Positions 18,753 through 28,460 are shown, counted from the stretch's first letter. The stretch is DNA of 39,432 nt from a bacterium (GCA_046331705.1 JAXLQJ010000007.1:186001-225432), one strand, 5' to 3'. Translations and numbers: made by a program. The notes: generated by a model from the letters alone, not told the origin.

Positions 18753-21014
18753 TCAGCTCGCGCCGGCGGCGCTCCGCCCGGGAAGATCCGCGCTGACCTT
18801 GCCCACCTGGACGATCGGCAGCTCGGGAGCAGGCTCGCCAGTGATCGCCTCGACCAGCTCGGGATCCAGCCTGCGGTAGTTCCAGGCCGCCTCCACGCGA
18901 AAGCGGCAGCCAGGCCTGGATTCGTCGCATGCGAGCGCCGCGCCGTCGAGGCGCACCTCGTGCGCACCCACGACCGGAATCCGTCCCAGATCCACGACCT
19001 TGTCCACCGCCCAGAGGCGGTGGTCGCGGATCATCTCGCCGTCGGCGTCGAAGAGCCGATCTCCCAGGGCCGGCGCTCCCTCCGGGCCGCGACCACCGAT
19101 GTCGAGCACGATGCCACCGCGCTCGTCGGTCGCTCGCACCGAAAGCCAGACCTGGAAGAGATCCGTTGGGCCAGTCGGAAAGACGTGGCCGATCTGCCCC
19201 GAGTTGCGGGTGAGGACGACGAGCGTGTCGCCCTCGCGCTCCACCGTCATGACGAGCAGAGCGGCTGACCCGGCGTCCGGCGCAGCGGCGCTCACGGGTG
19301 CGGCCTCGCCGTAGGCGTACCCCCCGGTCGGCGGAACGGACCCCGGCGCCGCGAGACTGGCCACCACCTCGCTGACGCCGGCGGCTCCCCTCGCCACGCC
19401 GGCGACGTACGTGCTCGCAGCCAGGAAGCGGTGATCGTGGATGGGGACGTCGTACGTCTGGTGGTAGTAGCTCATGTGGCAGGCGGTGCAGGTCCTTCCC
19501 TCGGCCGCCGCGGGTGAGCCCTGCCACGACGCGTATTGGTCCTGAAGCACGTGCGCGACCCGCCCGTGGGTCGGCGGGCCGAGGGTCTGCACGTGGCAGG
19601 GCGTGCACGTGGTCGCCTCGTGAGTCGCGAAGCGATAGCGCTCCCGGTGTCTCCCGAGGTGGCTCGAGACGAGCATGTGCTCGACCAGCGGCCGGGCGCC
19701 GGGCAGTCGGCCCAGCTGGCTCGCGGCGCCGGGGCGGTCGATGAGCAGCGAGAACGCGTCCGCCCCCAGCGGTACGACCTCGAACGCGCCGTCGCCGCGG
19801 CCGCCAGGCATCGCGCGGTGACAGGAGACGCAATGCACCCCGGCGCGATAGCCCTCGCTCGCGACCACGGCCTCGAAGCTCGCGTCGGCCGGGTCGCGCG
19901 CGTGCGGCGCATGGCAACGCAGGCAGAAGCGCAGCTCCTCGGGCCCGCGCTCCGCGCGCAACCTGCGGAGCAGCGAGGTGAAGAACGGGTTGTTCGCCGC
20001 ATGCGCGTGCGAGGACTGTACCCAGCCGGGGACCACGTCGCTGTGACACGACTCGCAGGTGCCCGGCACGATGGCGGTGAAGCCGACGTCCATCGGCACG
20101 AGCGCGGTGGTGTCGCTCGCGAAGCTCGCCAAGCGCGCGCTCCCAGCCACCGCGAGCAGCGTGGTCGCCAGCACGGCGGCGACGAAGGCCGGCAGCGCTT
20201 GCCAGCGGATCGGCGTCGCCCAGGGGTACCTCCGCCGCGGTGGATTCCACACCCGCGCGCTACGCGCCCGCGACGAACGGATGTGTGCCACCACGAGCGC
20301 CAGCGCGATCCACGACGTCACGACGTGCACGAACCACGGGATCGGGTAGCGATCGAACACGTGAACGTAGAGCAACAGGCCCGAGCTCGCGCCGGCGCCG
20401 CCGAGCGCCGCGACGAAGCAGACGAGCATCGCCAGCCCGCCCAGGCCCCCCGGGGTCTTGGTCACGCTGCCGCTGCTCTTGGCCACGCTCCAGAGCAGAA
20501 TGCCGCCGCTGATCACGCCCGTGCCCAGCACCATCAGCGTGTGGTGCTTGGCGTCGAGAAGCAGCCGGGCGAAGACGGCCAGCACCGTCAGCAAGGCGAC
20601 GGCGAGGCGAGCGGCCCGCCCCAAGCCGAGGATCCGCACCACCCCCAGCAGCAGGCCCGCGACGGCGGCGATGAACCCAAAGTCCTTCACGATGTGGGCG
20701 TCCCATTCATCGCGCGAGCGCCAGGCGCCCACCACACCGATCACCAACGCCACGAGCGGCGCCCGTGACGCGCTACGCAGCGGGCTCCCGACACCGCCGA
20801 CGGTCTGCGCCAGATGGAGCGCGACATAGGCGAGCCCGAGGGCGATCACGACGACGCCCACCGCCATGTGCGCGATCTGCAGGAACTGGAGCGCGAGCGC
20901 CGGGCGCGGCTGAGTCCACGTCACCGCGCCGCTGACGGCGAGAAAGCACAGCAGGCCCGCCAACACGCCGCGCAGGCGACTCTCGGCGGTCAACTCAACC
21001 CCGCCCAGGCACAC
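18753..21014 (-). CDS. Polytopic membrane protein fused to a pentaheme c-type cytochrome (c554/c552-like) domain
   Basis: About 8 hydrophobic segments in the N-terminal ~300 aa, then five CxxCH motifs (CESCH, CLRCH, CVSCH, CTPCH, CTACH), SSHAHA, HDHRF and GHVFPTG. Start is uncertain (GTG21014 or TTG20993). Confidence 0.85.
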   Translation of the reverse strand: MCLGGVELTAESRLRGVLAGLLCFLAVSGAVTWTQPRPALALQFLQIAHMAVGVVVIALGLAYVALHLAQTVGGVGSPLRSASRAPLVALVIGVVGAWRSRDEWDAHIVKDFGFIAAVAGLLLGVVRILGLGRAARLAVALLTVLAVFARLLLDAKHHTLMVLGTGVISGGILLWSVAKSSGSVTKTPGGLGGLAMLVCFVAALGGAGASSGLLLYVHVFDRYPIPWFVHVVTSWIALALVVAHIRSSRARSARVWNPPRRRYPWATPIRWQALPAFVAAVLATTLLAVAGSARLASFASDTTALVPMDVGFTAIVPGTCESCHSDVVPGWVQSSHAHAANNPFFTSLLRRLRAERGPEELRFCLRCHAPHARDPADASFEAVVASEGYRAGVHCVSCHRAMPGGRGDGAFEVVPLGADAFSLLIDRPGAASQLGRLPGARPLVEHMLVSSHLGRHRERYRFATHEATTCTPCHVQTLGPPTHGRVAHVLQDQYASWQGSPAAAEGRTCTACHMSYYHQTYDVPIHDHRFLAASTYVAGVARGAAGVSEVVASLAAPGSVPPTGGYAYGEAAPVSAAAPDAGSAALLVMTVEREGDTLVVLTRNSGQIGHVFPTGPTDLFQVWLSVRATDERGGIVLDIGGRGPEGAPALGDRLFDADGEMIRDHRLWAVDKVVDLGRIPVVGAHEVRLDGAALACDESRPGCRFRVEAAWNYRRLDPELVEAITGEPAPELPIVQVGKVSADLPGRSAAGAS

Positions 21015-21462
21015 GGCTCGATCGGCGCTCGTGCGACCACCACCGGCAGCGCGCCGACGCCAGATTCATCGCGCGGAAACGGTAATCGAAACTCGCTCTC
21101 CCCGGTACTCGATCGGGAGCTCGCCGGAACGATTCGACACGCGCCGACGGCGCCCCGAGCCGCCGCCCGCGCGAGCGGCGCTGGCGCATGACCGCGTTCC
21201 CCCCTGCGCACGATCGCGCCCGCGTCGCCCGTCGAGCCGACTCCGCCGCGGGGTTGGCGGGAAGGGTCACTCTCGCAAGGCGCGATGGCTGGCCACCGAG
21301 ATCGCCGGCTGCTCGTGGGGCTGACCCAGCCCGCCCGCAGGCCACGCCCCCCGGGGCGCGAGTGAGCGATTCGGTCTTCACGCGCTTCGCTTCGCGATCC
21401 GGTCCGCTTCGTCCATCCACACGTCGCGTGCCGCCGCTATATTCGCGCCGGAGGCACGGCAC

Positions 21463-22998
21463 GTGAAAGACGACGCTCCGGATCACCCTCTCCCGCCATC
21501 CGCAGCCACCCCGCCTCGGCCCGGCACCGCCGGCAGACCGATCCGCGATGCTGCCGACTATCTGGCGAGCCTGCGCGGGCGAAACCTGCGGGTGTTCGCG
21601 CTCGGCGAGCGCATCCCCGAGCCGGTCGATCATCCGCTGATCCGGCCGTCGATCAACGCGATGGCGGCGACCTACGATCTGGCGCTCACCGACCCCGAGC
21701 TCGCCACGGCCCGCTCGTCCCTGGTGAACGAGCGCGTCAACCGCTTTCTGCACGTCACCGAGTCGGTCGACGACGTGGTGGCGCAGAACAAGATGCAGCG
21801 CCGCCTCGGCCAGCTCACGGGTACGTGCTTCCAGCGCTGCGTGGGCATGGACGCGATCAACGCGCTCTTCTCGATCACGTACGACTGCGATCGAGCCCAC
21901 GGAACTCCCTACCATGCGCGGCTGCGATCGTTTCTGGCGATGGCCCAATCCCTCAACCTGGTGATCGGCGGGGCGATGACGGACCCGAAGGGCGACCGAA
22001 GCAAGGGGCCCTCGGAGCAAGACGATCCCGACGTCTTCGTTCACGTCGTCGAGCGCCGCGCCGACGGGCTCGTGCTGCGCGGCGCCAAGGCGCATCAGAC
22101 CGGCTGCATCAACTCCCACTGGATCGTGGTCATGCCGACGATGCGTCTCGACCCGCGCGACGCGGCCTTCGCGGTGGTGGCGGCGATCCCGGTGGAGGCC
22201 GCCGGGCTCACGTTCGTGTACGGCCGCCAGTCGTGCGACACGCGCAGCCTCGAGGGCGGCGCGATCGACGTCGGCAACGCCAGCTATTCCGGCCAAGAGG
22301 CGATGATCGTCCTCGAGGACGTCTTCGTCCCGTGGGAGCGCGTGTTCCTGGATGGCGAGACCGAGATGGCCGCGCCGCTGGTGGAGCGTTTCACCGCGTA
22401 CCACCGGCGCAGCTACGTGTGCAAGACCGGCGTGGGCGACGTGCTGATCGGGGCGGCCGCATCCATCGCCGACATGAACGGCGTGGCGGGCGCATCGCAC
22501 GTCCGCGACAAGCTGGTGGAGATGGCCCACCTGAACGAGACCATCTATGGCGCCGGCGTCGCTTCCTCGTACGAATCGAAGCCCACCGCCGCCGGGAACT
22601 ACCAGAACGACGACCTGCTCGCCAACGTGTGCAAGCACAACGTCACGCGCTTCCCGTACGAGATGGGGCGGCTCGCGCAGGATCTCGCCGGTGGGCTGCT
22701 CGTGACGCTTCCCTCGGAGAAGGATCTCGCGTCCCCGGAAACCGGCCCCCTGCTCAGCCGCCTGTTGCGCGGCCGCAGCGGCGTGCCGACCGAGCACCGC
22801 GTGCGCATGCTGCGGCTGATCGAGAACATGACCTTGGGACGAAACGCCGTCGGTTACCTCACCGAGTCGCTTCACGGCGCCGGCTCGCCGCAGGCTCAGC
22901 GCATTCAGATCGCGCGCCAGATGGATCTTGCCCACAAGAAGCGCCTGGCGCGTCGGCTGGCCGGGATCGACGACGACGAGCCCGGGCGTGACGGCTGA
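21463..22998 (+). CDS. abfD: 4-hydroxybutyryl-CoA dehydratase / vinylacetyl-CoA delta-isomerase
   Basis: [4Fe-4S] ligand motifs GTCFQRCVGMDA and YHRRSYVCK; MTDPKGDR, GAKAHQTG, ESLHGAGSPQAQR. RBS GGAGG; -10-like TATATT at 21438-21443. Confidence 0.9.
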   Translation: MKDDAPDHPLPPSAATPPRPGTAGRPIRDAADYLASLRGRNLRVFALGERIPEPVDHPLIRPSINAMAATYDLALTDPELATARSSLVNERVNRFLHVTESVDDVVAQNKMQRRLGQLTGTCFQRCVGMDAINALFSITYDCDRAHGTPYHARLRSFLAMAQSLNLVIGGAMTDPKGDRSKGPSEQDDPDVFVHVVERRADGLVLRGAKAHQTGCINSHWIVVMPTMRLDPRDAAFAVVAAIPVEAAGLTFVYGRQSCDTRSLEGGAIDVGNASYSGQEAMIVLEDVFVPWERVFLDGETEMAAPLVERFTAYHRRSYVCKTGVGDVLIGAAASIADMNGVAGASHVRDKLVEMAHLNETIYGAGVASSYESKPTAAGNYQNDDLLANVCKHNVTRFPYEMGRLAQDLAGGLLVTLPSEKDLASPETGPLLSRLLRGRSGVPTEHRVRMLRLIENMTLGRNAVGYLTESLHGAGSPQAQRIQIARQMDLAHKKRLARRLAGIDDDEPGRDG

Positions 22999-23572
22999 GC
23001 CGCCGCCACGCCACCGCTGGCTCGAGCAGGTGGACGTGCTCGATCGCGCGGCGATGCGGCTGCTACCGCGCATTCGCCGGCGGTCGCTCACGCCGCCGCT
23101 TCTCGCCATCACGTACTCGGGCTCGGCGCCCAGCTGGTTCGGAGCCGCACTGATCCTGATGGCGCTCGTGCACTACGAGGTCGGCCCGGTCACCACGCTT
23201 CGCGCCTGGCTCGCGTGCATGACGGGATCGTTCGGATCGCTGCTCGTCGGCGAGGCGTTGAAGCGGCTCTTTCGTCGCACGCGCCCCTACCACGCCCTCG
23301 CCGATCACGAGGCTCTCGGGTGGCCGCCGCCCAACGCTTCCATGCCGTCGACGCACGCGTCGACGTCGGTGGCACTCGCCGTCGGCCTGGCGCTGGCTGG
23401 CGACCCGCACGCGGGCGCGGTCGCCGCGTGGGCGGCGCTGGTGGTGTTCTCGCGCTACTACACGGGCGTCCATTACCCGAGCGATCTGGCCGTCGGCGCC
23501 GCGCTCGGCGGCGCCTTCGGCCTTCTGGACTGGACCTGGGTGGTGCGCGCGGTGCTCGGCGCACCGGGCTGA
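22988..23572 (+). CDS. PAP2-family membrane phosphatase
   Basis: C1 KRLFRRTRP, C2 PSTH, C3 SRYYTGVHYPSD and hydrophobic helices. GTG22988 overlaps the abfD end. Confidence 0.88.
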   Translation: MTAEPPPRHRWLEQVDVLDRAAMRLLPRIRRRSLTPPLLAITYSGSAPSWFGAALILMALVHYEVGPVTTLRAWLACMTGSFGSLLVGEALKRLFRRTRPYHALADHEALGWPPPNASMPSTHASTSVALAVGLALAGDPHAGAVAAWAALVVFSRYYTGVHYPSDLAVGAALGGAFGLLDWTWVVRAVLGAPG

Positions 23573-23614
23573 ATCAGCTCCGGACGGCCGCGCAGCTCGC
23601 GCGGGAGCGCTCGC

Positions 23615-24421
23615 TCACTTGCCTTCCTTGGGGTCCTTCGCTGCGGGCGGCGGCGGGGGCGGTGCCGCTTCCTGGATTCCGACCAGCTCGACCTCGAAGA
23701 CGAGCGTGGATTGCGGCGGAATCGTGGGCGGCCGGCCGTTGGGGCCGTAGGCCAGCTCGGGCGGGATCACGAGCTGCCACTTGTCGCCGACCTTCATCAT
23801 CTGCAGCGCTTCCGTCCAGCCCTTGATCACGCCCGTGACCGGGAACTTCGCCGGCTCGTTGCGCTTGTACGAGCTGTCGAACTCGGTGCCGTTGATCAAC
23901 GTGCCCTTGTAGTGGGCGCTCACGGTATCGGTGGGCTTGGGCGACTTACCGTCCCCCGACTTGAGCACCTTGTACTGAAGGCCGCTCGCGGTGACCTTCA
24001 CGCCGTCCTTCTTCTTGTTCTCGTCCAGGAACTTCTTGCCCTCGGCGGCGTTCTTCTCGCCTTCGGCCTTCATGGCGGCCTGGCGCTTTTCGATCATCTG
24101 CTTCTGGAAATCCATCATGACCTGGCGATTCTCGTCGGCGTTCATGACCGAGTCCTTGCCCGAGAGCACCTCGGTCAGGCCGCGCACGAGAAAGTCGATG
24201 TCGATGTCGGCACCCGCGGGCTTGACGCTCTCGCCGACGTTCCGCCCCAGGGCGTAGCCGAGCCGCTGCTTCGGAGTCCACGACGCCGTGGCCGGGTTCG
24301 GAGCCGGCGCCGGCGCTGCCGGCGGAGCCGATGCCGCCGGAGTGGCGTGCGGATCGTCCTCGGCCCGGACCAGCCCGGCCCACGCCATCATCGCCAGCAA
24401 GGCGATTCCCATGCGCTTCAT
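23615..24421 (-). CDS. fkpA: Periplasmic FKBP-type peptidyl-prolyl isomerase (FkpA/Mip type)
   Basis: Signal peptide VRA|E, dimerisation domain GYALG, TASGLQY, HYKGTLINGTEFDSS, VIKGWTEAL, IPPELAYG, LVFEVEL. Extended -10 TG-C-TATGAT at 24506-24511 (minus). Confidence 0.9.
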   Translation of the reverse strand: MKRMGIALLAMMAWAGLVRAEDDPHATPAASAPPAAPAPAPNPATASWTPKQRLGYALGRNVGESVKPAGADIDIDFLVRGLTEVLSGKDSVMNADENRQVMMDFQKQMIEKRQAAMKAEGEKNAAEGKKFLDENKKKDGVKVTASGLQYKVLKSGDGKSPKPTDTVSAHYKGTLINGTEFDSSYKRNEPAKFPVTGVIKGWTEALQMMKVGDKWQLVIPPELAYGPNGRPPTIPPQSTLVFEVELVGIQEAAPPPPPPAAKDPKEGK

Positions 24422-24542
24422 TCGTATCTCCTGAGACGCCGCCCAGCGAGCGACGGCAGAAACGAGAACGGCGGACCAGGCCAGCCCCGAGCCGCCAAGC
24501 CGCGAATCATAGCAGCGGGAAGAGCCGGACTCGCGCGCGTGC

Positions 24543-25976
24543 TCACGAAGGCAGATGAAGCGCCTTCGGCTCGAGGTATTCCTCGAGCCCCCACACGCCG
24601 AGCTCGCGGCCTCGGCCGGACTGCTTCATGCCACCGAACGGTGCCGCCGGATTGAACGGCGCGCCGTTCACGTGGACCTGACCAGTGCGAATGCGACGCG
24701 CCACCCGCTCGGCGCGGGCCCGGTCGTTCGACCACACCGCGCCGCCGAGCCCGTAGACGGTCTCGTTGGCGATGCGCACCGCGTCCTCCTCGTCCCGATA
24801 CGGCACGATGCAGAGCACCGGTCCGAAGATCTCCTCTTGCGCCACGGTCATGTCGTTGCGTACGTCCGCGAGCACCGTGGGACGCACGAAGTAGCCGCGC
24901 GCGAGGCCGTCCGGCGGCTCGACACCGCCCGTCACCAGGCGCGCGCCCTCGGCGAGGCCTCGCTGGATGTACCCACGCACCCGATCGCGCTGCGTCGCGC
25001 TCACCAGCGGACCGAGCTTCGCGCCGCCCCGCACGGGATCGCCCACGGTCACGTGCTCCGCTTCGTCCTTGGCGATGCGGATCGCGTCGTCCTGGCGATG
25101 CTCGGGGACCAGCATGCGGCTCCACGCCGTGCACATCTGGCCCGAGTTGCTGTAGCACTGCTGCACTCCCGCGCGCACCGCCTTCTCGAGATCGGCGTCG
25201 TCGAGGATCACGTTGGCGGACTTGCCGCCGAGCTCGAGCGCCACGCGCTTCACCGAGGCCGCCGCCAGCTCGGCGACGCGCTTGCCGGCGCGCGTCGAGC
25301 CCGTGAACGAGACCATGTCCACTCCCGGGTGGCGCGCCATCGCCTCGCCCACCACCGGCCCCGACCCGCTCAGCAAGTTGAAGACGCCGGCCGGCAGCGC
25401 GGCACGCTCGACGATCTCGGCCAGCGCGAAGCACGCGAGCGGCACCACCTCGCTCGGCTTGAGCACCACCGTGCAACCCGCGGCCAACGCCGGCGCGACC
25501 TTCGCGATCACCTGGTGCAGCGGGTAGTTCCAGGGCGTGATCGCGGCCACGACTCCCACGGGCTCCTTCACGATCAGCGAATGACCCACGGTCTCCTCGA
25601 ACGCGAACCGTTCGAGCAGGTCGGCGTAGAACCCGAGTGTCAGGATCGGCAAGCCCACGTGGATCTTGGACGCTGCCGAGAGCGGTGCGCCCAACTCTCG
25701 CGCGATGAGCAGCGCCAGCTCCTCCTGGCGCTCGACCAGCCCGCGCCCGATCGCCCGGAGCAGCGCCGCCCGCTCGTGCGGCGCGCGCGCCGACCACGCG
25801 GGGAACGCCGCTCGTGCCGCGGCCACCGCGTCGTCGACGTCCGCGGGCGTACCGGCGGGAACCGAGCCGAGGACCTCCTCGGTGCTCGGATTCACCACGG
25901 CGAACGAGCCGCTCTCGCGTGGCGCCACCCAGGTTCCACCGATGAAGAAACGGTCTCGCACGATCCGCTCGCTCAT
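24543..25976 (-). CDS. NAD(P)-dependent aldehyde dehydrogenase
   Basis: [45 protein letters not shown]. Start ATG25976 follows GGAGG. Confidence 0.95.
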   Translation of the reverse strand: MSERIVRDRFFIGGTWVAPRESGSFAVVNPSTEEVLGSVPAGTPADVDDAVAAARAAFPAWSARAPHERAALLRAIGRGLVERQEELALLIARELGAPLSAASKIHVGLPILTLGFYADLLERFAFEETVGHSLIVKEPVGVVAAITPWNYPLHQVIAKVAPALAAGCTVVLKPSEVVPLACFALAEIVERAALPAGVFNLLSGSGPVVGEAMARHPGVDMVSFTGSTRAGKRVAELAAASVKRVALELGGKSANVILDDADLEKAVRAGVQQCYSNSGQMCTAWSRMLVPEHRQDDAIRIAKDEAEHVTVGDPVRGGAKLGPLVSATQRDRVRGYIQRGLAEGARLVTGGVEPPDGLARGYFVRPTVLADVRNDMTVAQEEIFGPVLCIVPYRDEEDAVRIANETVYGLGGAVWSNDRARAERVARRIRTGQVHVNGAPFNPAAPFGGMKQSGRGRELGVWGLEEYLEPKALHLPS

Positions 25977-26085
25977 CTCCGCCTCCTCCGTCCCTGGCCC
26001 GCGGCGAGCATAGCGCGCCATCCCACGCTCCCCGCTCGGGGGCCGCGAGCGCCCTTCCCGCCCCTTGGCAGCCCGGGCTCCACGC

Positions 26086-26104
26086 GACTAGAACACGTTT
26101 CACT
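26086..26104. promoter_or_regulatory. KstR-like operator (second copy) in the divergent ALDH / DUF35-ltp intergenic region
   Basis: GACTAGAACACGTTTCACT is identical to 7411-7429. It abuts the RBS (GGAGAG 26105-26110); TTGGCA at 26065-26070 lies 18 bp before TAGAAC. Confidence 0.75.
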
Positions 26105-26117
26105 GGAGAGCAGCGAC

Positions 26118-26558
26118 ATGAGCACCGCGAAGACGGAAGTGCCGGCGGTCGAAGGTTGGTTCGCAGCGGATGGCGACGGTCCGCATTTGATCGGCGGCCA
26201 ATGCGAGAAGTGCGGCACGTTCTCGTTCCCCCGCGAACCGCTCTACTGCAAGAACCCGGCGTGCGATTCGAGCGCGATCCGCGCCGTCCCGCTCAGCCGC
26301 CGCGGGCGGATCTGGTCGTACACCAACGCCTGCTATCAGCCTCCGCCACCCTACGTCGCCGCCCAGCCCTTCGTGCCCTTCGCGATCGCCGCGGTCGAGC
26401 TCGAGCGCGAGGGCTTGGTGGTGATGGGGCAGCTCGCCGAGGGTGTGCGCGTCGAGGACGTCCGGGTCGGTCAGGAGGTGGAGCTGATCGTGGAGACGCT
26501 CTTCGAGGACGCCGAGCGCCGCCACCTCGTGTGGAAATGGAAGCCCCTCGCCGCCTGA
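26118..26558 (+). CDS. DUF35 Zn-ribbon/OB-fold acyl-CoA-binding protein (Rv1628c-like)
   Basis: CEKCG..FP...YCKNPAC zinc ribbon, LSRRGRIWSYT, PFAIAAVEL, VGQEVEL, WKWKP; RBS GGAGAG. Confidence 0.92.
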   Translation: MSTAKTEVPAVEGWFAADGDGPHLIGGQCEKCGTFSFPREPLYCKNPACDSSAIRAVPLSRRGRIWSYTNACYQPPPPYVAAQPFVPFAIAAVELEREGLVVMGQLAEGVRVEDVRVGQEVELIVETLFEDAERRHLVWKWKPLAA

Positions 26559-26592
26559 GCCCCACCTCCGAGACTCGTCGGGAGCGACACAC

Positions 26593-27786
26593 ATGGCCAA
26601 GAACGACGTCGTGATCCTGGGTGTCGGCATGCACCCGTGGGGCAAATGGGGCAAGAACTTCGTCGAATACGGCGTGGCGGCCGCGCGCGCGGCGCTCGCG
26701 GACGCCCAGGTCGAATGGCCCGAGATCCAGTTCGTCTCGGGTGCCTGCACGATGCGTTGCGGCTACCCGGGCTACGTCGCCGGCGCGACGTTCGCGCAAG
26801 CGCTGGGCTGGAACGGCGCCCGCATCGCCAGCTCGTACGCGGCGTGCGCGTCCGGCTCGATGGCGCTCGAGGCAGCACGCGCCCAGATCCAGTCCGGTCG
26901 CGCGGAGGTCGCGCTGGTGGTGGGCGCCGACACCACGCCCAAGGGCTTCCTCGCGCCCCAGGCGGGCGACCGCCCGAACGATCCCGATTGGCTGCGCTTC
27001 CGGTTGCTGGGCGCGACCAACCCCACGTACTTCGCGCTCTACGCGCGCCGGCGCATGGATCTCTACGGCACCACCGAGCGGGACATCGCCGCGGTACGGG
27101 TGAAGAACGCGGAGCACGGCCTCCACAATCCCAACGCGCGCTATCGCAAGCTCTTCTCGATCGAGGAGGTGCTGGGCTCGGCGATGGTGTCGGACCCGTT
27201 GCGGCTCTTCGAGATCTGCGCGACCAGCGACGGCGGCGCGGCGGTGGTCGTCGCGAGCCGTGCCTACGCGAAGAAGAAGGGACTCTCGAAACCGGTGAGG
27301 ATCGCCGCGATCTCCACGGTCACGCCACGCTACCCGAGCGCGCAGATCGAGATGCCCGACTTCGCCACCGACTCGTGGGCGGTCGTGCCGCGCCCCGAGC
27401 ACGCCTTTCGCGATTCGGTCGCGCGCGCCGCATACGCCGAGGCCGGACTCGGCCCCGAGGACATGAGCCTGGCCGAGGTCTACGACCTTTCCTCCGCGAT
27501 GGAGCTCGATTGGTACGAGCAGATCGGACTCGCCCAGCCTGGCGAAGGCGACAAGCTGTTGCGTGACGGAGTGACGCGGCTCGGCGGACGTTGCCCGGTG
27601 AACGCGTCCGGCGGGCTCGCGTGCTTCGGTGAGGCGGTGCCGGCGCAAGCACTGGCGCAGGTCTGCGAGCTCACGTGGCAGCTGCGCGGCCAGGCCGGCG
27701 CGCGACAGGTGAAGAAGGCGCGCGCGGGGATCACGGCGAATCAAGGGCTCTTCGGTCACGGCTCGTCCGTGATCCTGACGCGCTGA
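26593..27786 (+). CDS. Thiolase-like lipid-transfer protein (SCP-x type, Rv1627c-like)
   Basis: GMHPWGKWG, GYPGYVAGATFAQALG, YAACASG, GADTTPKGF, ICATSDGGAA, EVYD, VNASGGL, NQGLFGHG; follows its DUF35 partner. Confidence 0.9.
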   Translation: MAKNDVVILGVGMHPWGKWGKNFVEYGVAAARAALADAQVEWPEIQFVSGACTMRCGYPGYVAGATFAQALGWNGARIASSYAACASGSMALEAARAQIQSGRAEVALVVGADTTPKGFLAPQAGDRPNDPDWLRFRLLGATNPTYFALYARRRMDLYGTTERDIAAVRVKNAEHGLHNPNARYRKLFSIEEVLGSAMVSDPLRLFEICATSDGGAAVVVASRAYAKKKGLSKPVRIAAISTVTPRYPSAQIEMPDFATDSWAVVPRPEHAFRDSVARAAYAEAGLGPEDMSLAEVYDLSSAMELDWYEQIGLAQPGEGDKLLRDGVTRLGGRCPVNASGGLACFGEAVPAQALAQVCELTWQLRGQAGARQVKKARAGITANQGLFGHGSSVILTR

Positions 27787-27887
27787 GCGCGCGCCCATAC
27801 GACGCACGCTCGAGCTCGGTCAGCGGTTGGCCTCGCGGGCCGTGGGCCCGTAGACTCCCTTCGTCCCCCGGCAACCGGAGTCGAGCC

Positions 27888-28460
27888 ATGATCCGATCGA
27901 TCGCGCGCATCTCATCCATCGCCTTCCTCGGTCTCGTCGTCGCCTGCCCGGCGCCACCGCCCCCTTCCGGGCCGACGCCGCAGGAAGAGCTGGCGGCGAA
28001 GATGGAAAAGCTCGCGGCCGCCGATCGCGCCGTGAACGACGAATGCTTCGGCAAGCTCACGCGCGGCGAGATCCCCAGCAACCGATCGTACGTGGAGTGC
28101 TACGTGGCCAAGGTACGGCCCGCGTACCAGCAGTACGGCCCGGAGAACATCGACCTACTCGAATCGCTCGCGAAGCAATGGCGCGCCATCGCGGATCAAG
28201 TCGACGCGCGCAAGCTCAAGGCCGCCGACGCCCAGGTGGCCATGGCCAAGGTCAAGAGCGAGATCGAGGCCGAAGCCCGGCGTCGCGCCGCCGAGGCCGA
28301 AGCGCTCGCTCAGAATGCGGCAGGCAGCAACGCCAAGGAATCGAACGTCGAAGGTTCCTCGGCCGATGCCGTCCAGAACCGCAAGATGTTGGAGCAGGGT
28401 CTGCACGACAAGGCCAAGCCCAATCCGAGCGGCATCCCCGGGCGCCGCGGCGGCGGTTGA
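27888..28460 (+). CDS. Hypothetical alpha-helical lipoprotein
   Basis: RBS GGAG; signal peptide with lipobox LVVA|C, Pro-rich linker, Cys pair and coiled-coil-like helices. Possible promoter TTGGCC-N18-TAGACT at 27827-27856. Confidence 0.7.
   Translation: MIRSIARISSIAFLGLVVACPAPPPPSGPTPQEELAAKMEKLAAADRAVNDECFGKLTRGEIPSNRSYVECYVAKVRPAYQQYGPENIDLLESLAKQWRAIADQVDARKLKAADAQVAMAKVKSEIEAEARRRAAEAEALAQNAAGSNAKESNVEGSSADAVQNRKMLEQGLHDKAKPNPSGIPGRRGGG

Noticed and set aside
21463-22998. 4-hydroxyphenylacetate 3-monooxygenase (HpaB) as partner of the flavin reductase at 9185
   Set aside because: Same fold family, but the CFQRC and H...CK Fe-S ligands identify 4-hydroxybutyryl-CoA dehydratase.
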